Origin: Massalongia carnosa
Taxonomy: Eukaryota
Length of the DNA: 64,000 nt
Assembly (NCBI GenBank): GCA_965645245.1
Contig: OZ287084.1
Span: forward strand, 1,612,001-1,676,000
Direction of reading: 5' to 3'
Made by a program: the position numbers and the translations under genes. Of the stretch, positions 33,118-45,259 are shown in pieces. Each line of letters opens with the position of its first letter. Positions within the stretch are counted from its first letter, which is position 1. Below the pieces are notes generated by a model that worked only from the letters and a program-made list of their open reading frames with translations, did not search any database and was not told where the DNA came from.

Positions 33118-33604
33118 TGTCACGGACAAGGTCCAGATAGGGAGATATGCAAGAGTTACTATTAGAAAGCTAGGTCTAGGGATAGTATACAAGACGTCCG
33201 ACGAAGAGCTCCAAACACCTGAGAAACCACATAGCTTTTATAGCCATGGCTTCCAACTCCCCTATTCTTGACTTGCCCTCATCTCTGTTCGTTCTAATTT
33301 CCTAACCATGATCGCTTTGACCTGTTCCGCCTTTCTCCATGCCGAAGCAATCTCTCTCTGCTGGGCAATCCCAGTCGTAGGCTTGGATAGTGGAGACGTT
33401 GAGATTGGATTCGGATGTAGGAGTTTGGGAGTGCACTGAAGGCAGCGGAAGAAGGTCTGAACACATGGGGTGAGGTTTTCAGGATAGTTCGGAATAACGA
33501 GCCACGGTTCTATTCAACATGCAGGGCAGGTTTCACGGCAAGAGAGCCTGTTAAATACTAACCCGATCAGGAAACGTGGGAGGGTGTGAGGTAATTCCAT
33601 GACA
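33118..33604. mobile_element. Solo LTR (487 bp)
   Basis: TGTCACGG...CCATGACA with TSD AGTTG (33113-33117, 33605-33609); shares TATACAAGACGTC with the Gypsy-A LTR. Confidence 0.9.
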
Positions 33605-33689
33605 AGTTGACAATGCAGATAGAAGAGGGAGAAATGAAAAAAATTTGATATACCGGAGTTAGCGGACTTTAATGCGGGTGCTTACTAAC

Positions 33690-36202
33690 TAGCGTGTTGC
33701 AAATGGGGGTGTGTTGCAAATGGGGGTGAATACGAGTAAGTGACGTAAATTCTTCATTTTCTCATCTCAATTTTCAGTTTCCTGATCCTACATTCTGGAT
33801 CAATCATGCCTCTATTACCTCCCGCCGACAGGCAGTCTTTCGAAACTCTAGAAGACTGTCTATTCTGCCTGAATCGACATGCCGGCCCTGAGGGATACGC
33901 CGTTGTCCTGCATCGTACCAAGAAATCAAAGCTGGGAATTCGTCGAAAAGCGTGGATCATCTGCGATCGAGGTCGCAAGGCCAGACCGCACGGCGAAGAA
34001 CGATGTCACAGTAGCCGTAGACGAATTGAGTGTCCCTTATCCTGCATCGCTACCTTCGTGAACGACGTCGCCTGGCATTTGGAAGTAGTCAAACCGGAAC
34101 ATAATCATGAAGCTAGCTTGAGTGGAGCACATCCCGCGCATCGAAGAGTCGCCTTGATTGAGCATAAGGAGGAGATTTCTCGTCAATTGACTGTACAAAC
34201 CAAACCGGCCAACGTGCTGTCGAGTCTTCGTATTGGAGATCCGACTCCGAATTCGGCCAGATTGGATGAGAATGGCAATCCTTAAGTCGTCAATCCGATG
34301 TTTATCAGTCGAGACATATACAACTTTCGAGCTCAATTGCGACGAAATGCTTTGGGCTCATTGACTCCGATACAGAGTCTGATTCAGGAGTTTGACAAGG
34401 GCGACTGGGTATACGAGTTGCAGACAAATGATGAGAATCAGGTGAGTTTGACAAGGACCGGACAACTGAAATTGCAGACTAATGACGAGAACCAATCAGA
34501 TCGTCAATTTTTTTTTCAGTAAATGCATTAATCAGACTCTTTTGAAGGCAAATCCGGAAGTTTTAGTGATGGATTGCACCTACAAAACCAACAGATTCAA
34601 AATGCCTTTGTTGATCATCGGCGGACAGACCGCATTGCATACTACGTTCTATGTCGCCTTCTACTTCATGCATGAGGAGACAAATGAGTCTTACATCTGG
34701 GCCATGACTCGTTTGAAAGTCTTGTACTCGCAGCTAGAACTTTCTTCTCCAACGACGACAGTCACCGACATGGATAGAGGTTTGATGTCGGCATTTGAGC
34801 TGATTTTTCCATCTACCAGTCATTTATTGTGTATCTGGCACATCAATAAGAATGTCCTAGCTCATTGCAAGAAATCATTCAGTACTGAGGCATGGGAAGT
34901 CTTTTACGGACGATGGAAATCACTTATTAAGGCTGATTCCGAGCCGAATTTTGAAGAGCTGTGGGGACAGTTTCGAATCACATACAACCGTACACATGCT
35001 AATTTGGTGAAGTATCTTAATGCCACCTACATTTCTTTTCGTCAGAGATTTGTAAAGTGCTGGACTGACCGAGTGAGGCATATCGAGACAACGACTACTT
35101 CGCGAGGTGAGGGCGGACATGCTGTATTGAAAAGGCAGCTGGGAACCTCCAATGGTGACTTAAAAGCAGCCGTAGATGGCGTCGCCTTGCTACTAACCAA
35201 TGAGCTTCATAATCACCTCATCGCCATAAATTCGGCTAGGATCGCTATCCTACCGACTTGCGCAAACCGATTTTCCAACGTTTGGCGAGTCGGGTCACCC
35301 CGTTTGCACTTCGAAAAATTCTTGGTCAGTACAATTTGTTGGTTGATCAACCAACGGCGATCAGGGCCTGCACCGAGGTCTTTACTACTGTCACCGGCCT
35401 GCCCTGTAGTCACAGAATTCAGGAACGACTGTACGATGACGGTGTTTTGTTGTTGGAAGATGTCCATCCTCATTGGAGGTTGGTTTCGATCAAACATTGT
35501 TGAATTCAACTAATTCTAAATCTAGATTTGAAAGAGACCTTCCAGCTGATGATAATGATCCCTTGCTGGCGGTGCAGGATCCCGCTGTCGTGCGACCTCG
35601 CGGACGCCCTCGAGGTTCCGAAAACAGAAGACAACAAGTCTTTGAAGCTTCCACCCTGCGAGAACCTTCCTTATTCGAACGGATTGAGGCGGAAATAGCT
35701 GATCTACAAGGCGGGGAGGTGGCTCCGGACGTGGAAGCTGTCGTACATCGAGCTGATCCAGCTCCAGGGCGGGAACGCGGGCGGGGGGTACGAGCACGAG
35801 GACAGGGACAGCGACAGCGACAGGAATCGGGACAGGGACAGGAACAGGGACGGGGAAGAGGGCGGAGACGAGATAGGGCATCTCGGGCAAGGGGCGCTGC
35901 TACAAATCAAGAAGGGGCGATACCGAATGAGGTTTAGTAGCATGAAATCAGAGACTGATTCATGAAGATGATGCCAATCGACTCCATTTCATCAAGGCAA
36001 TTGCGGTCCATGAGAGATGTGCACATACTTTTCAATTCAAATTTTGAAAGTGGGCGAAAATTTTCAGTCGCTTATCCTAATGAGGTTTAGGGAGGGGTCC
36101 AGCCCTACCCCTAGAATTGTTTTGTGTGGGGTGTCTAGATAGCCGGAAGGGGTGTGTCTAGGTAGCCGGAGAGGGTGTGTCTAGGTAGCGGATGGTGTGT
36201 CC
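33690..36202 (+). mobile_element. MULE-2, degenerate transposase (33806-35937); boundaries approximate
   Basis: CDRG..ECP..HNH, MDCTYKTNRFKMPL, VTDMDRGL, LCIWH, TTSRGEGGH, GLPCSH, RPRGRP. Short tandem repeats at both ends; no matching TIR pair found. Confidence 0.85.
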
Positions 36203-36309
36203 ATATATCAGAACCCTATTCTGTTGGGTAACCCAACTATAACCCAACCCAACCAAAAACCCATTGGGTTGGGTTCTCATTTTAATAACCCAACCCAACC
36301 CAACCCATT

Positions 36310-36895
36310 CCGCGGCGTAGATTTATCTAGAGATAAACGTCTTCAAGCTTTCACTTTACGCGATGTGGGATGGAGTTATGCACGAAATTGTTGAGCGTTT
36401 ACAAATTACCATTCGTCAGGTCCAGTAAGTTATGCATGCACCGTTGGTCGATTAACTCAACAAAAGAAATTTCGATGCGGACCTAAATCTTTAATTGATA
36501 ACGCTTCTCGACAAACATTGATTGAATTCGTTTGCGCTTCGTCAGAAAATCGCCGTATACCTTACTGTCAAGTTGCCTGGAAACTTGGATGGAATGTTTC
36601 AGAGAATGCCATACGAAAAGCTCTGAAACAAGAGGGTTTTTCTCGAAGACTAGCACGTCGAAAGCCTATCATGTCCGAAAATCAATCGTGTTAAACGTCT
36701 TGAATAGGCTCGAGAGCATTTGAGTTGGAGCAAAGAGCAGTGGGAATCTATATTATGGAATGATAAAACATGGGTAAATGGCACCCGCCATCGACGCATT
36801 TGGGTGACGAGACGAGCAGGTGAAGAACTGCATTCAACCTGTGTGATTCCTCGTCTTCCGAGCAAGGGAGGATAGATGTTTTGGGGGTGTTTTAC
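36310..36895 (+). pseudogene. Decayed Tc1-family transposase fragment
   Basis: Manual translation gives DLSRDKRLQ, GFSRRLARRKP, EQWESILWND.TW and MFWGCF, with stops. Confidence 0.75.
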
Positions 36896-37926
36896 ACACG
36901 CTCCGCCATCCCCTCGCGAGTATTGCCGGGAATCTTGGGCGTTTTCATGGCGAATACCGGTGTATGGTCGTCACGCGTACTCGGGCGGCGTGGAACCTGG
37001 GGGGGTCGAGGTCGAGCATCTAAGGGAGGAAACAATAGAGGGGCTGGAAGACGGGCGCCGACATGAGGAGAAGAAGGAGGGTTAGGAGGATTAGGAGGAG
37101 GGCTCTCATGGGGACGGCGTGCACCCTGGAGCGGAGTTTGAGGGTTAGGACGAAGAGGGGTGGGCGAGCTTCGTAGGCGAGCAGGAACTTGGCGGCGACG
37201 ACCCCCCCGAGTCGGCGCCGGCGGCAAAACTTGGTTAACTAGTCCCTTTTTACTCCGTCTATTTGGAGGCATAATAATTTCTATAGATGTCTACCAAATT
37301 ATAAAAATATGTTAGGATTTTAGTGTAGGGAATATCTAGGAAAATCAAGATTTGGAGTTTGAATGGTAGGGTCATGTTGGTGGTATGTGTTTTCATAAGC
37401 GAAATTGCAAATCATTTTGCATACGCTAATAGACTACCCGCTATCCACGTTATGAGGCAGTGAGCCCAACAAGCTATTATAACAATAATCGCAACCGCCA
37501 TTCAACAAAGACTTTAAATGTGCTGTCAGGGTCCTGGCCTGACCCGACATGCTCTGGTGGTCACGGGACAGCGTGACTCGCCTAAGCAGTAGCGCGCGTC
37601 GCTTGACTGGCTAGCGCACCCACGGTAGATTATGTTTAGGAGTTCAGCGATGATTATTCTTTTCTTTCCTTCCTTGTAGTTAAATTCTAGTTCATAGCTA
37701 CTGAATAATATCAGGGCAAGCTGCCTGACATAATTTAACTACCTTTAATGCTTATTAGTACTCTTCCAGTCTTCTAGAACTTTCAGCACATTTAGAAAGG
37801 GACAACGACCTGCTCCTTTAGCTTTCCAGAACGATCACTCGTGAGAATTCGAGCTGGTCCTCACTCCAGAACCTTTAGAACTTCCAGAATCGAAAGACAG
37901 AGCTCTTTCACCTCCAGAACACAGTC

Positions 37927-39531
37927 ATGAGTTCGAAAACTCCCCTGACTGCTCGAAAGGCCGGCGCTCCTCGCGAAGACGCTCAAGCAGGCCCTGCTTT
38001 TAACACTCGCGCCCGTTCCATGTCCTGTCATTCGGCTCGCTCTGATAGTATGCCAGGGACGTTCGAAGACTCCGAGCTTACACCCGGTGAGCAGATGGGA
38101 GACGAGACAGAATGCACACTAGAAAATACCCCGAAGGCTGGGTCAGGAAATGAGAAGGAAGGGGCTCGCGAGATTGACATCTCGGAACATCCATACTACG
38201 AACGAGAAACTCGGAAACATCCCGCACGATACAAAATTCGCAACCTAGAAGACTTCCGAAATGCCGTCCTAGACGAGAACGAAGGTCCTCGTTGGTATGA
38301 GTTTTTGTCCAGAGCAATTCCCTATGACAAAACACTGTACGAAAAAAGCTTCGGGCTTCATGAGAAGCTTATCAAGACCAAGAAGCATTTAGAACAATAT
38401 AAGCAGATTAATGACCGTTTCGCTGACGAAAAGGATGAAGACGAACGCCAAATCCTTCTTGCTCAGGAAGAGCTTTCGCATAAAGAAATTGAGTTGGAAG
38501 AAGCCCTCCAGGCCCAACAGGACTTACAGAAAGAGAAGGAGAATCTTGAGCGACGGCTAGCAGCTCCCGACTCCTCTCGTGGCCAACGGGAGGACACTGC
38601 TACAACCCAGAGCACCACTATAAATCCCCAGAACTGGCGTCCACGTGGCATTCACCCCAGCAAGCCTCTGAAAGGCGAAGACGCTGAGGAATATAGTCCT
38701 TGGCAATACTCACTCCGAAACAAGCTTAAGACCGATTCTCCGCTTTACGCCAACGAGGGCGAAAAGGTCAGTTATGCTCTATCGCAAATGGAAGCGCCTA
38801 TTTTTGGGGCTATGCACTCCTGGGTCGTCGACATGGGCGACTCTCTCACCATTGACGCTCTGTTCGACGAGATCGAACATTATATGGGCATACATCTCCA
38901 GAGTCGAGATGCCAAGAAAGAACTCATCACCATCACAATGAAAAGTGGTGAAAGTGTAAGCGAGTACTATCATCGAATTTTTAAGCTTTGGCAAAAGGCC
39001 AAAACCCCCATCGACGAGAGGATAGAGAAGTTTCTTGTAACATTGAAGCCAAGCATCTCTAATTCACTGATGGGTTCAGTTTTCACCGACTTTCGTCCCT
39101 TGCTCGACGAAGCTAGGAGAATCGAAGATCGACGCAAGGATGTCGCTCACTACTTTCCTCGGCCAGAGAAGTCTGGTCCGTCAAAGAACTCTGGTCGCGA
39201 AGGCAAGTCCTCGAGTGGACAAACCTCCATTTCCGATTCTCGTCAATCGAGTGCAAAAGAGAAGAAGTCGGGTGATCATCCAAACTCCAAGTTCAGCGCC
39301 ACGATAGTCAAACCCGCTGGTTGGATAGGGGTTTGGTACGATCCTGACCCCAACCCCAAAAAGTTGGAGAAGGAAGAGCGAGAGACATTGTCGCGTCAGG
39401 GACGCTGTTGGGCATGTCGGGGGTCAGGTCATCGAGGAAACGACTCGATCTGCCCTCAATTTAAAGAAAAGAAGCTTAACACTACAAGAATTGTTGAGAT
39501 AGACTCTGACTCCGAGTCGGGAAAAGCTTAG
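37927..39531 (+). CDS. gag: Gypsy-B Gag (534 aa, coiled-coil N-half)
   Basis: Capsid-like ESVSEYY..F and knuckle CWACRGSGHRGNDSICP. Confidence 0.92.
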   Translation: MSSKTPLTARKAGAPREDAQAGPAFNTRARSMSCHSARSDSMPGTFEDSELTPGEQMGDETECTLENTPKAGSGNEKEGAREIDISEHPYYERETRKHPARYKIRNLEDFRNAVLDENEGPRWYEFLSRAIPYDKTLYEKSFGLHEKLIKTKKHLEQYKQINDRFADEKDEDERQILLAQEELSHKEIELEEALQAQQDLQKEKENLERRLAAPDSSRGQREDTATTQSTTINPQNWRPRGIHPSKPLKGEDAEEYSPWQYSLRNKLKTDSPLYANEGEKVSYALSQMEAPIFGAMHSWVVDMGDSLTIDALFDEIEHYMGIHLQSRDAKKELITITMKSGESVSEYYHRIFKLWQKAKTPIDERIEKFLVTLKPSISNSLMGSVFTDFRPLLDEARRIEDRRKDVAHYFPRPEKSGPSKNSGREGKSSSGQTSISDSRQSSAKEKKSGDHPNSKFSATIVKPAGWIGVWYDPDPNPKKLEKEERETLSRQGRCWACRGSGHRGNDSICPQFKEKKLNTTRIVEIDSDSESGKA

Positions 39532-42500
39532 TCCTTGATCAAAATCGCGATCAAGGACGTCTTAAGAAAGATGTCATTTGTGAAATTGGTAGCGCTGAAA
39601 TGAAGACAGTAAGGGTCTCTAGTTGTGCTGTTCTCGATACTGAAAAGAAGATCGAGGGCAAGCATCTAGTATTTAAAACTAGCATAGCTGGAATTAAAAC
39701 TCGTTTACTTGTTGATAATGGAAGTGAGGCTGAGCTCATTGATGAATCCTTCGCGCGTGTAAATAAACTGAACACCTCCAAATTAGAAACGGGGGTTAAA
39801 CTGACCCTTGGAAACGGAGAGGTTGCCCAACTTCTCACGAGGACCGCCCTAGTCGACGTCAAAATCGGGGATCATCAAGAACAAGTCCTTTGCTATGTAG
39901 CAAAACTGGACATGTACGCGGTTATTCTAGGAGATGGATGGCTACAAACTCACAACCCCAGCATTGACTGGAAAGAGCGAATTATGAAGTTTAACTCTGC
40001 CGATTGCTTGGAAATGGGATGCCTTTCGCGTGGAATAACCTGCACCGAATTTGCTGTTGGAAGTAGGGCAAAGAATAGGATCGGAACAAAAGACGATATC
40101 GAAGTCCTTCCGGTCAATGCGAAACATTTCTTTCGGATGGTTAGGAAGAAAGATCACGAGGGATACTTATGGACTCCCCGAGAACATAAGACCTTCTGTG
40201 CCACAACCACTGGGGCCGTCACCTCAAAGGATTACGACAAGTTTATGAAAGGCAAACCCGAGTACTCCCGCGAAGAATTGTTGAAGAAAATTCCCTCAGA
40301 GTATCATAGCATGATAGAAGTCTTTATGAAGCATAAAGCAGACGAACTACCGGAACATCGTAAGGAGGATCACGAGATCAACCTCATGGACGGAAAAGAA
40401 CCCCCTTATGTCAGGAACTATAAGCCTATGTCAGAACAGGAGTTGGAAGCTGTCAAGAAGTATATTGACGAACATATGGGAAAGGGATTCATTCGTCCCA
40501 GTTCGTCGACAGCAGCAGCTCCAGTCCTTCTAGTTCGAAAACCAGGTGGTGGACTGAGATTTTGTGTGGACTATCGAGCCTTGAATGCCATCACAGTAAA
40601 GAATCGATATCCTATTCCCCTAATTAACGAGACGCTCGGAAAACTCTCGCAGGCAAAACGCTTCACGAAACTAGACGTTATTACGGCATTCAATCGTCTT
40701 CGAGTAAAAGAAGGACATGAATGGCTTACCGCTTTTAACACAAGATATGGCCAGTTCGAATATCTGGTCATGCCTTTCGGTTTATGCAATGCTCCAGGGA
40801 CTTTTCAGAGTTATATAAATAATTCGGTTCGGGAATATTTAGACGTCTTTTGTACTGCTTATCTGGATGACGTCTTGATCTACAGTGATAATGAGGAAGA
40901 ACATTCAGATCACGTCTTGAAGGTTCTTAAACGCTTGGGGGAACGAGGACTCCAAGTTGACATTGACAAATGTGAATTCTCGGTGACTAAAGTAAAGTAC
41001 CTCGGACTTATAGTCACCACTGATGGAATACAAATGGATTCCGAGAAGATTGAAGCGATTTTGAAATGGGAAACTCCGGAGTCCGTGAAGGACGTGCAAG
41101 CTTTTTTAGGCTTTGCAAACTTCTATCGACGATTCATATCAAAGTTCTCTCAGCGTACAAGGTCTCTGGCGGAATTAACAAAAGGAGAACAAATAACAAC
41201 CAAGTCGGGCAAGAAGAGAACCCGATATAACGTGTTCATCTGGACCGAAGACTGTAAAAAAGCTTTCGAAGATTTGAAAGAGGCCTTCACTACTGCACCA
41301 GTGTTAGCGCACTATGATCCTTCTCTAGAGACATGGATAGAAACAGACTCTTCGGATTTCGTCACTGCCGGAGTCTTATCTCAGATGCATGACGGAGTGC
41401 TCAAACCGGTAGCATATTTCTCCAAGAAGATGACACCGGCCGAATGTAATTACATGATATATGATAAGGAACTCCTCGCTATCATAAAGAGCTTCGAGGT
41501 CTGGCGGCCCGAGGCAGCAAGTGCTGCGCCTGACCAGCCAATCAAAGTTTATACTGATCATAAAAACCTGGAACACTTTATGACGACAAAGCAACTGAAC
41601 CGCAGACAGGCCCGATGGGCTGAATTCCTTTCGGAGTTCAATTTCAAAATCATGTATCGACCGGGCAGACAAGGCGAAAAGCCGGACACACTTACTCGAC
41701 GTTCTCAAGATCTTCCAAAAGGGTTTGACGACTCTCGACAACAACATCAATTCCAGACATTGCTACAGGAGCATCAACTAGACGATGACGTAAAGAAGGC
41801 TTTATCAGTGATCTTCTGTGCAAACACAAGAACAAATGACACTGACGAAGAAGCTGAGGAACCTCAGACCATCGAGGACGATGAAGAGGCTCAGGGTCAG
41901 ATTTTAAATGAAAATCCGGTGAAAGAACTAGGCGACGATTCGGAAGAAGATCCATCAGCGAAACCTCTAGAAGAACTAATTGAAGAAGCTTATGAAAAAG
42001 ATGAAGTAGTTCAAGACATAATCGCTGCCAAAACACGAGAACTTCGCAAGCTTCCATCGCATCTTATAAAGAAAGGGATCAAATTAGCCATGGGAGATCT
42101 CAAAGTGAAAGATGAAAGACTATATGTCAAAGATAGGCTGTATGTCCCAGATCATGAACCCCTTCAATTATGCCTGTTGCAGAAACATCACGAACCTCCT
42201 CTGCAAGGACACCCAGGATATAAAAGCATGTATCAGTCACTGATGGAAAACTACTTCTGGTTCGACATGAAGGATCACTGCAAAAGATACGCAGTGAACT
42301 GCTCCGTTTGTCGAAGGTCAAAATCATACAATGTCAAGAAACAGGGCTTACTGAATCCTCTACCCATACCGAACAGAAAATGGACAGACGTCTCTTTAGA
42401 TTTTGTGGAGTTTTTGCCGGAATGTCGGCGAAGGAATAGAGTGTATCAACACATATTAGTGATAGTAGACCGTCTAACAAAAAGACGATTATACGAACCG

Positions 42501-43349
42501 CTTACGTCACTCTCCACCGACGAATTAATGGACGCCATGTCTCGACGACTCTTCTCCTCGTATGGCTTTCCATTGTCAACGGTAAACGATCGAGGCAGTC
42601 AGCTGACTGCTCATCTGTGGAAAAGAATTTGTGAAAGATACGGAGTAAAGATAAAGTTCTCTTCAGCGCATCATCCAGAAACGGATGGTCAAACTGAGAA
42701 TGCAAATAAAGTAATGAAGAATTACCTTTGATCATACATCAATTATGCTCAGGACAACTGGGTCGACTATCTTTCAGATGCCGAGTTCGCCGTCAACAAT
42801 CATGTTAACGTTTCGACAGGAATGACACCATTTTTCGCAGATCACGGCTTTCATCCTCGTTCGGGAACAGAGCCTCCAGGAACATATGAAGAAAAGGGAA
42901 AAGCCGAGATACTTCATGCTGACAAAATAGTCGCTCGCCAGGAAGCAATGCGAGAATGGTTAAGAAATCAGCTAACATGGGCCCAGGAAGAACAAACACG
43001 ACATGCTAACAAAGATCGTCAACCGCACCCAGAATACAAAGTGGGCGATTTAGTGTACGTTAATGCTAAACATTTCGCATCAGAGCGTCCAAGTCGTTCA
43101 CTCGGGTTTAAAAACGTTGGTCCCTGGAAAATTGTTAGGATAATCGATAACAAGGCATATGAGCTTGACATACCACAGCATTTAAAGAATGTGGGACTCA
43201 CCCCAATATTTCATCCATGGAAGTTGCATCTCGCTCCGTCCAATCCGTTCCCAGGGCAAGTACTGCCTCCCGGCCCACCTGTCTTGATCACCGAGAACGA
43301 TAACGTCAGACCATCTACGGAAACCGTAGATGGACCCGATGAGGCTTAG
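39519..43349 (+). pseudogene. pol: Gypsy-B pol with a single premature TGA at 42729-42731
   Basis: LVDNGS, YLDDVLIYS, ETDSSD, GHPG..C..C, VDRLTK, NDRGSQ, DGQTE, GPWKI. The frame continues after the stop. Confidence 0.94.
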
Positions 43350-43653
43350 CTTCGAATAAGGGATTATTCGTTTCTTTAGTCAAGAATTGGTTGAACGGAG
43401 CGGATTATTCACGACTCCGAGACGTCGTCCATAGAAGGGGGGGTAGTGTCAGGGTCCTGGCCTGACCCGACATGCTCTGGTGGTCACGGGACAGCGTGAC
43501 TCGCCTAAGCAGTAGCGCGCGTCGCTTGACTGGCTAGCGCACCCACGGTAGATTATGTTTAGGAGTTCAGCGATGATTATTCTTTTCTTTCCTTCCTTGT
43601 AGTTAAATTCTAGTTCATAGCTACTGAATAATATCAGGGCAAGCTGCCTGACA

Positions 43654-44162
43654 TGTGCCTCGAATCACCGTCATTCACACTCTTCAAAAGCACTCAGAAC
43701 GCAACAACGAAAAGTTCAAATCGCGATCGAGTCGACCTGAAATATTTTCGGGTAGCGATGGAAGACATATCATCAAATTTGCACGAATCAATCCACGCAT
43801 TATCTACGCGCAGCTGCGTACGGAGATTGAGATGCAATGTAGTCGATTCACTTTCTATAGAACGCTCAAAGTGTCAGGACTCGGGTGTGGGAGCGCTAAA
43901 TCCAACCGCTCTTTCCGACCGAAGCTTCGGAGATAAGCTTCTAGAGCCGGATGGAAACTTCGAGAAGAACGGCAAACGGGGCATATAGATTTCACATTCT
44001 TCTTTGTAGATAGATTTCTCTTCTTCATACTTAGTCTCTTAGGTAGCTGACTACTATTCATTTTCCCTGGATAGTCGTTCTTTACACAAAGATTATGATC
44101 TAACAAACTGATTGATTAAAAAACGGCCTTTATTGACGATGAAGGTGGCAAAGAAGAGACTA
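43654..44162 (+). pseudogene. Decayed Tc1 transposase HTH region, host of Gypsy-B and a solo LTR
   Basis: KSRSSRPEIFSGSDGRHIIKFARINPRIIYAQL resembles 11240-11611, and resumes as KKRPLLT after 44091. Confidence 0.8.
43872..44086. mobile_element. Solo LTR (215 bp)
   Basis: TGTCAG...TTTACA with TSD CAAAG (43867-43871, 44087-44091). Confidence 0.85.
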
Positions 44163-44825
44163 ACGTATTAGCCACCAATTAGGGCCAGCCACCCAATCGG
44201 GCCACCCCATAAAAAATATCCTGGCCAACTATCCCTCCACCAAAAGGAAAACAACATCACCATGATACTTCTTAGATCCCCAAAATAAACAAAAAATATC
44301 ACTATCTATACGCATTTCTTCCCAGACGGCCTTTGCGAACTTCACTTTACCATTTAAAGCATGATATCGCTCCTTTTCTCTGGCTAATGCCTCCTCTTTT
44401 TGCTGATTCTCTTCGATCTTAGCCAGCCCCTCACCCACAGTTAGCACCCTCGCTTTATCACACCCCTTTCTAGACGCCTTTTGGCGTCGCTGAGCCTGTT
44501 TTTCAACTAGTTCCTGATTGGTATGCCGTAGGATAACTTTATCAGCAACGGCATTCAATGCGGTTGTTTGAAGCAATTCAACATGCGCGCGGAGAGATGG
44601 GGTTACACGGGTTAACAAAGCATCGCTAGCTACTTGAATGCGTTTGGTCGTTGTGGGGGTAGTGGTGACGATATCAAGAGGTAAAGGAATGATTGATCTA
44701 GGCAATTTGCCCAAAACATGCTCGGGATTGTATGGAATAAGACCTGCCCCGCGCCATGCATTCATGATATTGATGAACGTCATAGCTTGCTTTCTAGCCT
44801 CCTGAAAAAGGTGTAGGAAGTCCAA
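44163..44825 (-). mobile_element. Fot1/pogo 3' end (TIR plus transposase C-terminus)
   Basis: TA|ACGTATTAGCCACCAATTAGGGCC... terminus; DFLHLFQEARKQAMT..NI..AWRGAGLIPYNP and ARVLT motifs. Confidence 0.85.
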
Positions 44826-45259
44826 TTTCGAGATATTTACGGCCCCGTAACGTGACCGCGCAGAAACAAGTTTTGAATAGGTCTATGACTATTGCTATAT
44901 GACTATGTAAAGATAGGGGCCTGTATGACCATGATGTTAAGGATGCAGAGTTGTTACGGAGTGCAGAGCAATCTGTTCCTTTTATCTTGGTCACCTCTGC
45001 TAAGCGAGATGATAATAGTTTATCCGAGCCCCTATGCGATTAGATTAGATCTGATCTTATCTAATCTATCGGCTAGGCAATGCTGCTCAAGTTCTGGACC
45101 AACAACTTTCGCACTTTTTAGCTAGCACTAGAAATTGCATTCGTTACCCATACAAGCCCTCAATAATCATTGTGATCACGTAGAATTGCTCCCCGACTCT
45201 GTAGCTATCTTGGCCGAAAGTTATATCGTCCCTTCTGTTGTGGCTGCATTGTGGCAACC

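Larger units (their letters stand above)
37524..43653 (+). mobile_element. Gypsy-B: full-length Ty3/Gypsy element
   Basis: 207-bp LTRs at 37524-37730 and 43447-43653 (no mismatch seen), TSD TGTGC, PPT AGAAGGGGGGGTAG at 43433-43446. Confidence 0.97.

Noticed and set aside
36210..36312. Telomeric repeat
   Set aside because: The unit is AACCC in both orientations, not (CCCTAA)n; it looks like transposon subterminal repeats.
32693..44825. One pogo element spanning both transposase fragments
   Set aside because: Both are on the minus strand but in the wrong order for a single gene.
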